Below are positions 11,136 through 23,048 of a stretch of DNA of 64,000 nucleotides, piece after piece. The position numbers were made by a program, and so were the translations under genes. The DNA is taken from contig CP158636.1 of NCBI GenBank assembly GCA_050273025.1, positions 12,028,001 to 12,092,000 on the forward strand, written 5' to 3'. Positions within the stretch are counted from its first letter, which is position 1. The number at the start of each line of letters is the position of its first letter. Below the pieces are notes generated by a model. The model saw only the letters and a list, made by a program, of their open reading frames with translations. It did no database searches and was not told the origin of the DNA. Source of the DNA: Cenococcum geophilum. Its lineage: Eukaryota.

Positions 11136-14063
11136 ATGGCAGACCAGGAAGAGGACTTCAGCTCGCTCCCACTCCCGGATAGATTTACACATAAGAACTG
11201 GAAGGTGCGGAAGGAGGGATATGAGGCTGCTGCAAAAGAATTCAATATTGCCCAAAGTGAAGCAGACCCCGTTGTACGGCAGTTCATTCAGGACGCAGGC
11301 ATCTGGAAAGGTGTGGTTGCCGACTCGAATGTCGCCGCACAGCAAGAAGGTCTAGGTGCATTATGTTCGTTTCTTCAGATATCAGGCACTCAGGGCTGCA
11401 CGAGGTGAGTTCACCTTCATGAATTGACGAAGGTTAGACGTGTTCGATTAATATTGGCATAGGACACGGAATATTACGATCACCCCAATTGTGGAAAAGG
11501 GCTTATCCTCTACGCGTCCTGCTGCTAAACAAAAGGCTCTCGAGGCATTATTACTATATATTGAGCTTGACAAACCGGACCCGGTAATTGAGGAACTCAT
11601 CCCTATCCTCTCACACAAGCAGCCTAAGATTATTGCTGCAACCCTATCTGCCTTAACGTCAATATACCACGCGTATGGCTGTAAAACTGTGGAGCCGAAA
11701 CCTGTGCTTAAGGTGTTGCCCAAAGTTTTTGGTCACGCGGATAAAAACGTTCGTGCTGAAGCACAAAACCTGACAGTCGAATTTTATCGATGGCTTAAAG
11801 AGGCTATGAAGCCTTTATTCTGGAATGAGTTAAAACCAGTCCAGCAGCAAGATTTGGAGAAGCTCTTTGAAAAGGTCAAGGATGAGCCGCCTCCGAAGCA
11901 GGAGAGGTTACTCCGCTCACAGCAAGCCATTGAAGCATCTTCCGGAGGTGGAGATGAGCAAGAGGCCATACCCCAGGATGACGACGAAGTCGCCATTGAC
12001 CTTGAGCCGGAGTACATGGCTGTAGATGTCATGCCGGCTATTCCAAAAGATTTCCAGGAACGGCTTGGTTCTTCAAAGTGGAAGGACCGAAAAGATGCCC
12101 TTGACGACCTGCAGAAAGCTATCAATCACCCAAAGATTGTAGAAAGTCCGTTCGATGATATCATTCGGGGGCTCGCAAAGTGCATGAAGGATGCGAATAT
12201 TGCGGTAGTATCCGCTGCGGCAAACTGTGTTGAAATTTTTGCCAAGGGTTTACGCAAGAGCTTTGCGAAGTACCGACCAACTGTGATGAATCCGATGATG
12301 GAACGATTGAAGGAAAAAAAGCAATCGGTTACAGATGCGATAGGAGCAGCTCTTGACGCTGTCTTTTTGTGCACGAGCCTTGGAGACTGCCTGGAAGAGA
12401 TCTTAGAGTTCCTGAAGCACAAGAATCCGCAGGTCAAGTTGGAATCAACTCGCTTTCTGATAAGATGTCTCAAGACGACTCGAGATGTTCCGTCCCCTCC
12501 AGAAGTCAAATCAATGACAGAAGCTGCTACGAAGCTTTTAACGGAGTCACAAGAGGTTCAGAGATCAGCAGGTGCTGAAGTTTTCGGAACACTCTGGAAG
12601 ATCATGGGAGACAGGATTATGGCTGCGCATCTAGAGGGCTTAGACGACATTCGGAAGGTAAAGATTAAGGAGTACTACGAAGTAGCAGAAGTTAAAGCAA
12701 AATATAAGCCGAAAGCTGCCGCTCCACCTAAGGCCGCTGCCCCCGCAGGGCAGAAGAGGCCCTTAGGGACTAAACGTCCACCAGCCGGTGTTAAAAAGCC
12801 TGCACCACCAGCTGCAGCCGCTCCACCACCAGTAGAGGAACCAGTCGCGCCATTAGCACCGCAAGCATCCAGCCGTCCTGGCGCTTCGAAACTTGCAGCA
12901 CCAAAGTCAGGTCTTGTTGCGCCTTCAGGAGGTTTAAAGTTACGGAAGAAAGGCCCAGCACCAGCTGCCGCTTCTCCTAGACGCCCAGTAATCTCTCCAC
13001 CGCCTGAGGAACCCGCTCCGCCTGTACCGAAGCTTGGTCTTGGAGGACGTGGTCTTGCAGGCCGACCCCTTGGCAAACCAACACCCCAAGTAGCTGAACC
13101 TCCGATGCCTACCCATCAACCAACTGGACTAAGCGCCATCGAGCGAGCGGAGCTCAATGAGCTCCGTGCGGAAGTCGAGCGGTTACGCCGACAGAACGAA
13201 GAGATCCGTGCCGATCGCGCCAAACTCACCTCCCAAGTCCACGAGCTACAAAACCAAAACGCACAACTCATCGAGGACCACACACGCGACGTGCTCTCCA
13301 TAAAGGCGAAAGAAACGCAGCTAGTGCGCGCACGCAGCGACTATGAGGCCGCAGAGCAGACGGTCCAGAACCAGCAGCGGGAAGTGGACCGGCTGAAGCG
13401 TGAGCTGAGCCGCCAAGTCCGCGCGACGAGCCCCGCCCCGCTCGACGTCAGTGACCAGATATACGCCGACAACGCCAGCCTGAACGCGGGCGGAGGGCGG
13501 TTCGGCGACTCTGGATACGGCGGCGGCGGGCTCTACGGGCGCAACAGGAGCTACGTCACGCAGCCGCAAAGCCCCGTCGGTGAAGGTAAGGAGAACATGA
13601 ATTTCGATGGCCTTGGCCTCTCCCGTTCCACTAGCACTAGGAGCGCTAAGCTGAGCCCTCTTCGTGGTGGAGCAGGATCGACGAAATCGACGTCCGTCAG
13701 CTCGAATTCGTCGACGACGCTGTGCGGGCGGACGAGTCCCGCGGAGGCTGGAGGCGCGGCCGCTGGAGGCGGTGGAGGAGGAGCGAATGGGGCGGAGAGC
13801 TGGAAGCGCGCGGCGGAAGTGACGCAGAATCTGAAAGCGAGGATCGAGCTAATGAAGGTAAGACACTCCTGAAGCCGTTGAGGAGCGAGGCAGAGCGAAG
13901 TCCGAAGGGGAGGCGCTTGAAGCCCAGAAGAGCGTCAAGTTATTTTCCGGTTGGACCTGTTCGGCTTTCATTTCCACCCCGCACCCGTGTGGCTTTTTTT
14001 CCCAAGAACATTGCTGATTCCTGCATGCAGGCAAAACAGGGCTTCGGGCGGACGCAGCAGTAG
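11136..14063 (+). CDS. XMAP215/Dis1/Stu2/Alp14 TOG-domain microtubule polymerase, 3 exons
   Basis: MADQEEDFSSLPLPDRFTHKNWKVRKEGYE (TOG1), LGSSKWKDRKDAL (TOG2), Pro/Ala/Lys linker, coiled coil, C-terminal ESWKRAAEVTQNLKARIELMK. Introns 11405-11462 and 13858-14030. Confidence 0.93.
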
Positions 14064-15236
14064 GGCTTACCGTGCCGCTAGAGGAACGTTTCTTCGTACC
14101 GCCGTGCCGGAATTGCCGTAATGCAGGGTCTGGAACGGGGGTTAGGGCTACGAATTTGTGCTTTTTCTTAAACCCCTTAGGGGGCTTTGTTTGTTTATTT
14201 GACTGTTTAATGCACGATGGCCCGTATTCCCCCCCCTTTTTTTCTCTCTCTTGCCTGTGCCCTTCTCTCGGCATCATTGTCCGGCGTTTCGTGAGATTGG
14301 GTTCATGGGTAGAAACACCGCATGTCGCGTATGGGAGGTCTACAGAAACAGCATGGTTGCGATTTTCTTTTTTTCTCTGATGAGATTTAACATATCTATC
14401 TAATGCAGCGACATGTCCATTCTTCTGCAGTTTGCGTGTTGATAATCCGCGCCGGGAGGACTAGCTTGCATGTGTTTCCAAATACCGGTCTCCAGCGTCC
14501 CAAGCTTCCATTCGCTCTGCTACCGACCGATCGGCCGTTGGCAAAGCCCGGTACCCGTGCTACTTGTTCCCATGTGAAACCGTTGCTGTTGTTATCTGGC
14601 TCGCTCTCCTGGTAGTTCCTTGTGGAATGCGCTGTCGTACCCCGATAGAACGTGCGAGGCAGATGTATGACCCCTTAATTCCGCAGCGGGTTTCCGCAGC
14701 GGGATCCCCAGAGTACCGGTGATCCGCGGCCGCACAACGTGTCCCAGGACATGTCCTAGGGACGATTAGTCTCAGTGTCAGGAAGGGCTTGGGCTCAGCC
14801 CTATGCAGCAGAGTACTACTCTGGAAAAAAAATGAGTTCGGAAATATGGCGGCCCTGCGTGAGTTGGGACGCCGTTTGCGACAGGGAGATCTTTTACAAA
14901 CTTCACGGTGATTACGTCATAGCAAGGGCCATGTTTGGATCTTCATTAGAATTCTTGCGTTCTATTATACCTCTTTTCCCCCAATATCTACCACATGCGT
15001 TGAAGGGGGGGGGAGAGATTTTACTGGCATTACATGAATTGCTCTCGATATTAGAATGCAAAAAAGCCCGTGGGACTGAAACCGAGACCCGGAAAATGGG
15101 GTTCTAAGAGCACCGCACCAAATGATCCCAGTGCATGCAGCGGAGAGGAAACATCTCCAAACCAGTACATCGCCATTATCCTTACTTTTTTCCCTTGGAG
15201 AAAAGGGAAGCGCATGAGTAAAGAGAAAGAAGTAGC

Positions 15237-16821
15237 TTAATGGAGTATTCCTCCGGCCTTTCGGCAGGCTGTCTTGACTGACGTTGGCGTGGTTGTTGTG
15301 GTGATGGCAACGCTGTAGGGCGTGTTAGCAAGACATGCAGATTGAAGGCATTGCGTGTAAAAAATCCTGGAATACAGAGGGAAAGCTTACGTAGTGGTCT
15401 TGGTCTTCGTCGTGTATGATGTGGCGACGGTGTACTTGGTCTTCGTCTTTGTGGGCGTTGGGGCCGTGACAGTGACAACCGTTGCCGTAGTCTTGCCGCT
15501 GAGGACGGTAACGGGCGCCGGAGTAACTGTTGAGGTGACCAAAGTGCCAGCTGAAAACTGTTAGCAGGCTTTTCGAGAGAAACTGGATGGGGGAGGGTTC
15601 TTACTGGTATACGTGACTGTGGTCGCAGCAGCGGTGCTGGTCGATGTTGTAGTAATCCAGTCTGAGGTAACGGTGTCTGTCACAACGAGTGGCTGTGGAT
15701 CTGGAGCACGCCTGTCCAGGCTCCTAGCCCTCTCCAGACGCTCTCTCCTCTCCTTGAGGTATTTCGACATATCGAAGGGAGCAGCTTTATCAGCGACACG
15801 GCGGAACTTGGCTTTGACCAAAGTAGTTGGCAGAGTAACAGAAATAGCCACAGTTGGTATAATTGTGCAGATAGGATCCCGGTGAGGTTGCTTCGTTGGC
15901 TTAATGCAGGTTGCTGTCACCGTCTTTGTTGTCTTGGTAATAGAAAGAGAATATTTGGTGAACTTCAGAGTCGTAAACGTGTTCGTAGTCGTCACCGTAA
16001 CCTTGCTTGGAGTGACCGTGGTGGTGGGTTTGATGGTAGTGGACGGGCTTGTAACTGTCACTGCGGCTAAAGTAGTAACCGTAGTATCTGTAGTCGTGCT
16101 GGTAGCATCTGGACAGAAACACTGTCAGCTCAGACACTAGACGGAGCACGGCGATATCACGTACTGACGACTGGGGTAACAACCGCAGTGGCGGTCACTA
16201 AAGCCTCGATTAGTATAGTCATACAATTTAACACGCATTTGGGGATGTACCAGTAGGAGTGTACTAGAAAATATTATTAGCGTTGGAACTATGACTGAAT
16301 AACAGAACGAAACCCACTGTGCTTGTTGATTGCGGTCCAACATCAAGAGAGAAATCACGCTCGTACGCGATTGGGTCGCCATCACCATTGTTACTGAGGA
16401 TAAGGACTGACCAAGCACCGGAGGAGAGTTGGTTCTTGTTCAGTGGACTGTTGATCGATCAATTAGTGTGTTGATATCTTACTCTTGCTATATTGCTTAC
16501 CATGTCGACATCTGATTTGTATCGTCAGGGGTCAGATTCGTATCTGTGCAAAGATATTGCTCTCCGGTTGGATCGACCAGAACATTATTTGCAGTGTCAT
16601 TGTTGCAACCTTGATCAACTAGTAAGCATTGGTACGATAACACAAGAAGCAAGCTCACCTTCAAACTCAGATACGAAAGTAAAGGGTTCTGTCGAAAGAG
16701 AGTTTTGGAAATAAGCTCCTCCGTTCTGGAAGTCCATGCCAAAGGAATTGCAGTCAGCCAGGGATCTCCGCGCAAGCAGAGCTAATAGGCCCAGACTGCA
16801 CAGTGAGGCGAGAGGAGACAT
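15237..16821 (-). CDS. Secreted Thr-rich cell-surface/cell-wall protein, multi-exon
   Basis: Signal-peptide-like MSPLASLCSLGLLALLARRSLA, then Cys-containing DCNSFGMDFQNGG...FEG|CNNDTANNVLVDP, long Thr-rich tracts and a kexin-like RRAPD. The last exon ends VKTACRKAGGILH* after an intron at ~15390-15313. Internal exon boundaries are only partly resolved. Confidence 0.75.
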
Positions 16822-19800
16822 GACGGAGACCAAGTTGTAAATGAACCACTACAAGAAGAATAACGAGGGACTTGGTCCTTGGCAGAGAAAACACAGGCCA
16901 GGAACTGAAGGCAAGGTAATGGAAGATGTAGTTGATGAAGATACACGAGAGAGGCTATCCACCTTAAGAAGAGCGGAGAGAAAATGATCAGACGGCCATG
17001 GAGCTGGCCAGCAGGGTCCATTCTGCGGCATTAGCACGGCCTGAGAAGATGTCGCCGAATTTTGCTCTGAAGGTGAAGTACGCCCCAGAAGCCACCATCC
17101 GAACACGCACGAAGAGCTGGGATGGGTTCCATTGTTTTGCTGGCGGCTGACGCCTCACTGAAGACAAAGTTAGCGAGTAAGATACCCCAGGAGGGATGCC
17201 TGAGCTTGCTATCTGCATAGTCCGGCGCCAATTGGGCGGGCAGCAGGGGGAGGATTCAGGGTAAGACATGCGGGCACGGAGTGGTGGAGATGAAGTTAGG
17301 TTGGACGATCGACACTGCGACGGCCAGGAGAGTATATTTTGGTCGCTGTGGCGCGTAACCCGGTATCGTCGCATATACGAGTGTAGCGACTCAGCAAGGC
17401 CGCACGAGATAGGCTAAACGAGAGGTCGTGAATTATTGTGGTGTTGCATTAGGGCTGCTGTAGGCCAGTGAAGCAAGGGAAGCCGGGGAAACCAAGGAAG
17501 CCCAGATCTCCACAGGAAATGCTCAGACCGATCTGTGCAAGGGCTCGTGGCGCTGTCCCGCTTGTGGCAAAGCTTCGCTATTTGGGGCGCGGCTAAATCT
17601 CCATGGTGGCTGATGATCCCAAACGATGGTCATTGCTCGCATCGATAAGGACGGGAAGATCACACTTAGCGGGCTTGGTTGGCTTGATTGGCTTCCTACG
17701 GCTTGGCTGCTCATCTTGAAATTGCGTCCCAGCCAGGAGTTCAATGCAGTTACAGATCGCTGATTATCAGGGGTAACGTTAGCTGTCAGCGAATATTTTC
17801 GTGTTCGTACGTGTTACCCCCTTGTACAAGCTATTCAAGCCACGGTGTGACGGCAGAGCTTATCGATATGTCACCACCACCAACCAGAATAACATTCGCC
17901 GATTTGGGTTGAAGGATACGCATACCGCGCCCGCCAAGCGGAGCCGAGACGGCGGGTGGGGATCCATCCTCTAGCACTGGTTTATGCGCGTCAGGAGGGC
18001 AAGCGACTCCGCTGTGGAGAGAAGGAGAAAATCCTTCCGCGCCGATGCTCAGCCTGCTCGAAAGGGTACAAGGAGGCTGATTTTTCCGCTGAGTTGGCAC
18101 AGTTGTGTTACCACCGCTTTGACCAGGAACAAAATGTCGCGGAAAAACAACAGCGAATCATGCTAGGTCAGCTCATTCGTATAGTTTCGAAGAACTCCAA
18201 GGCTGCTGCGTCCTGCAAACCCTGGGCTTCATAATAATTAAACCTCGTATAGCCTCGAGAAACCGAGGGGGGGAAAACAGTAAGAAACGCCTACGAAGTA
18301 CAACAGATTGTGCCGAAGAGTAGCCACTGTGGTCAGTTCTCGTTGTTCACATTGAAAGCCCATAGCCGAAGCTCCGCGTGAGCTCATAGGGTAAATGGCT
18401 AATAAGTCGGTTCAAAAATGCTCTAGGATTATCGTGTGGTTCGCTGTTGGTGTTGATGGTGGACATGTCGCCGTGGCGCACCTTCATTCAGTAATTAGCT
18501 GCTGGCCGGGTATATATCGATAAGGCCCACTTTCTCCAAAGGGGATCTCGACCGATGCCAAATTTAGATGGAAGATGCATGAGTATGCATTGTTATGCGC
18601 GACCTGCAAGGGTCCTGCTAATCACTAACCGTGAGCCAGAGATTTCCACCACCAACCTCCTCCAACTTCCACCGAAACTCGACCACTCGACCACGTTCCG
18701 CCACGCTCCGCCACGTTTCCCGAGGGCAGACGTTGTGTAAAACAAACCCACACCTTTTTGAGGCTTGTAGAAACGAGCGGTGGCATGGGTCGCCAATGCA
18801 TTTTTCGAGCCGAGCGTCCTTCTTACGGGATCAATGCCGTGTGCCCCCGAGGCTGGACTCTACCCGCTTCCAGAATTGTTATGACGGAGGTTCATCACGA
18901 GCCGGCAACGATGGCGACAATTAATGCGATACTACTAACATGATCGTATACTTAACTTACCTCTGATGATGCGGAGAGTCAGCAGATGCCGTCTGCTACA
19001 ATCCCTAGTGGCCCCTAACGTTTATGGTTGATTTCTTAGCCTAAGGCTGCCGATGACGAATGCGCATGGCAGTCGCTAAGTTATGTGAGCAGGTAGGCTG
19101 CCCAGGCACACGACGCTCATTGCTTCCCCTACTACTGCAGTCAAAACTTAGTTCGCTTGGGCCTAGATCTGCTGGAGCATTTTGCCGTCGCTCATTACCT
19201 TTTCCGGTTCTTCGCTCGCATGGTCGACCCCTGGTGTAGGCCGTGTTTTCTGTTTGTGTTTCGCTTTCCGTCAGCCTCAACCTTCTTTCGCGCTTCTCAG
19301 AAGCGCCGTTCGTCATGCTTCAACCCGTGCCTGACTATGGCTCGACGCCATCGCTCCACTGAATCTGGGCATTGGGGATCCGGTGAAATATTCACCCATT
19401 ACCAAATTGTTTTGGTGGCTCTCCGTTGCTCCTCGTTTGTTCCACGCGTTGCGTAACGCTGGCCGTACCATTGGGCTCCTGCATGGTAAATTTCTCCTTC
19501 AGTCTCTCTTTCGTCTCTTGTTACTATTATTATTCCAAACCCTTGAACTAGATGCAGCCACCGGAGCTATACCCCTGTGCTGGGCTGGCTGCAAACCCGT
19601 ACCATATTCGATCCGACTGTAGCTAGGTCGACGGAACTGGTACTAACGTAATCCATGGCAGTTATCTTCCGCCCCGTGTCCAGATAGGGCGTTACTAGCG
19701 GGTATTGATTGTGATTCTAGCACGAGCCGTAGGGAATTGATGAGTCTATATATCTATGAGCATCCTCTGCCCCCAAAATATCCTTTCATTTTAGCAAGCA

Positions 19801-19920
19801 GTTGGCTCCCTTGCCTTGAAGCTCCTCTCGTTTAGATTTCTTCCTCTCTTTTAATAGTTCTTTGTTATTCCAAAAATTGTATACAATCTGTCCCGTGCTA
19901 CAAGCACCTGTTAGCCTACC

Positions 19921-21839
19921 ATGCGTGTTCAGCAGCTGGCTAGCGCTTGCCTGTTGGCATTTGCTTCAACCTCGTCCGCACTACAGATCCCTCCCGACCA
20001 CACTCTCTGGGGAGAGAAAGGTCCAACTCTCGTTCGCCGCGCAAGTACCGCTTCTGCTACATCAACATCGACAAGGGTTGCGGATTCAGCCTGTACCAAT
20101 GGACCTCTGACACGAAACTGCTGGTCCAGTGGATACAGCGTTGCTACCGACTTCGATGCCAAATGGCCAACGACTGGCCGTACAGTCTCTTACAATCTGG
20201 AGATAACCAATACGACCTGTAACCTTGATGGAAATGGCGCTCGGCCATGCCTTTTATTCAATGGCCAATATCCAGGCCCTACAATTCAAGCAAGTAAGTA
20301 GAGCTCTAAAAGTGCAGTACTGCCATGGCGATGCTAACCGACTTCATATAGACTGGGGTGATACTTTGTCAATCACGGTGAAGAATTCCATGACTGGCAA
20401 CGGCACTGGCATCCACTGGCACGGAATCCGTCAGCTGAACACCAATACTATGGATGGTGTTGATGGTATCACCGAATGCCCTCTCGCACCTGGCGACACC
20501 ACGACATACACTTTCCGGTGCACTCAATTTGGCTCTACTTGGTACCACTCTCATTACAGTGCTCAGTATGGTGATGGTGCTTTTGGCACAATGATTATCA
20601 ACGGACCTGCAAGCTCGAACTATGACATTGATCTTGGCACATATGCTATCAATGATTGGTATTACAAGACCGCCTTCCAGATTGCTGACATTACCGACGT
20701 CAACCTTCAAAGCGGTAATGGCCCACCTCCTGCTGATACTATTCTCATCAATGGCACCAACAAAAATGCGGCGGGCGGTGGCACCTACAACACAGTCTCT
20801 ATAACTAAAGGCAAGAAATACCGCCTGAGATTGATCAACACCTCCGTAGACAACATGATCAGGGTTTCTCTGGACAACCATCCCTTTACAGTTATGACTG
20901 CTGACCTTGTGCCAATTAAGCCATACACAACTAACTGGATTTTGATGGCTGTCGGCCAGAGATATGATGTGGTCATTTACGCCAATCAAACCGTCCGCAA
21001 CTATTGGTTCAGGGCGGAAGTCGCCACTGACTGCGCAAGCTCAAACAACTTTTTCGGACGCAGTATCTTCAGTTATAGTGGTGCAGCTTCAGGAGACCCC
21101 ACTACTACCGCTACCACCATTCCCAGCGTCTGCAAGGACGAGAGCCCTCTTGTCCCCTGGGTCCCGAACACTGTTTCTAGCAGCGAGTTCGTCAGCCAGG
21201 TCGGAAATCTCCAGGTAGATATAGCCGTAGAACAGGTCACAACCAACGGCCAAAACATTGTTGTTTGGGGTGTCAACCTTACTGCTATCGATGTTGATTG
21301 GGAGAAGCCGACATTGGAGTATGTCAAGACCGGAAACACCAGCTACCCGGCAGTCTTCAACCTCATCGAAATTCCAAACGAAGGAACAGTAAGTCTTCCG
21401 ATTAGTGCTCCAAGCCGACACTGTATTAACGCTTAATTAGTGGTCCTACTGGATCATCCAAGAGACTCCCGGCACTCCCGTGCCAATCCCCCACCCGATC
21501 CATCTCCACGGCCACGACTTCTACGTCCTAGGCACGGGCTCGGGCACGTTCAACATCAGCACCTCCCCCAGCACGCTGACGTACAAAAACCCGCCGCGGC
21601 GCGACGTCGCGCTCCTGCCCGGCGGCGGCTGGCTCGCGTTGGCGTTCCAGACCGACAACCCGGGTGCCTGGCTCATGCACTGCCACATCGCGTGGCACAT
21701 TAGCGAGGGCCTCGGCGTGCAATTCCTCGAGAGCAAGAGCACCATCAACCTTCCCGACGCCGCCTGGGAGACCACCTGCTCCAACTGGGACAAGTACTGG
21801 GAGAACCCCGTTTGGCCCAAGACCGACTCGGGCTTGTAG
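19921..21839 (+). CDS. Secreted laccase (multicopper oxidase, CAZy AA1, ascomycete type), 3 exons
   Basis: Signal peptide and all four Cu-binding motifs (IHWHG, WYHSH, HPIHLHGH, HCHIAWH); ends in the ascolaccase C-terminal DSGL. Introns 20294-20351 and 21389-21440. Confidence 0.96.
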
Positions 21840-21922
21840 AGTGGAGTTGTGAAGAAAATGTTTCAGCTTTATATCATTAGCCGAGCGCTGTGGCGGTTGC
21901 TGTTGTTGTCATAGCAGTTGCT

Positions 21923-21948
21923 GCGGCTGCTGCTGCTGCTGCTGAGCT
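21923..21948 (+). repeat. (GCT)n microsatellite downstream of laccase
   Basis: gcggctgctgctgctgctgctgagct read directly. Confidence 0.8.
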
Positions 21949-23048
21949 GGTTGGGCAAGGCAACATCTTTTTTTCCCCTTTTCAGCCATCGAAACTCGGA
22001 TCTCATGCATTGCCGGCTGCGGATACTCATCCTATAGATGGACGCGCGCCTAGATTGTATTGGGCAGGGGCGGCGTTTGGATTAACTGCTGTAAAAAGAT
22101 TTGGTGGTTTGCTTTGGACGGACTAATACATGACTAATGCCAACCTTATCTTACTGGCTGTCCTTGCTGTTTTGCTTGATGCGTCGTTTGTGAGTTCGTG
22201 GTGATGTTTGGTCTTAATGACATAGTGAAATAGTTCTGGTGTGGTATTAGGTTGTTGGTCGAAGGGGTTAGGGAAATGTGAGTGGGCCTTTTCGCTGTGA
22301 GAAACTGTCCGCTGCTGTAGGGATTCTTCCCGAAATATGCTTTTGCGTGTGGTCATTTGCGCAAAAAAATCTCACGTCTCCACGTCCTTTCCGCTGTTTA
22401 TGTGCCCATTTCCCGCAAGCTCAGCAAAGCCCTGTTTATAGAACGTTGGCATGATCGATAGGCACTATTATCATGCTCTCTGGAAAGGGTCCAAGAAGTG
22501 ACGTGATGTAGTTCCTGTTGCTGTGGTATGGAATATGAGAGAGAAGGGAAAACGAAAGATTCTGACTAGTATAGCTAGGATACTGAGGAGCGAGGTAGTG
22601 GGCGTATGGTGGTTTATATGCCAGGTATTGAGCAAATTTGAGCAGGCTAAATTTGCGGGAGATTGAGCAGGTTTACAGCATCGGTGGAGGAGAACGGGAA
22701 CGTGCATTGGGCTAAGGTTAGCGTTGACGTTGAGATAGACTTTGCTGTGCAGGGTGCTTGGGATTGGATGGGTGAAGGGGTGTGAGTTGGTGGCTAATGC
22801 ATGGCATTGCGTTGAAAGTAGAAGAGAGGCTTTATCGGTGATTTGTCTACGCAAGCGATTAATGGTGGGGGAACGGGGAAGGGATTTGAGAACCTCCGGA
22901 TGCTAGGTGCGTTAGATGCATGCAGCATTGCATACACTCTTCCCAAGCTTCGACTAGCAGCTTCTCCAAAGATTAAGCAAATCCCACGTAAGTACGCCTA
23001 ACATACGAGCTGATGCAAGGATAGCGGAAGTATCAGGATAGTATTTCT

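Noticed and set aside
14679..14763. Short direct repeat TTCCGCAGCGGG x2 and imperfect palindrome GTCCCAGGACATGTCCTAGGGAC
   Set aside because: Too short to separate from chance; no TSD or element structure.
16850..19900. Many 60-130 aa ORFs between the Thr-rich gene and the laccase
   Set aside because: No recognisable motifs, consistent splice pattern or codon bias; most likely a long divergent promoter region.
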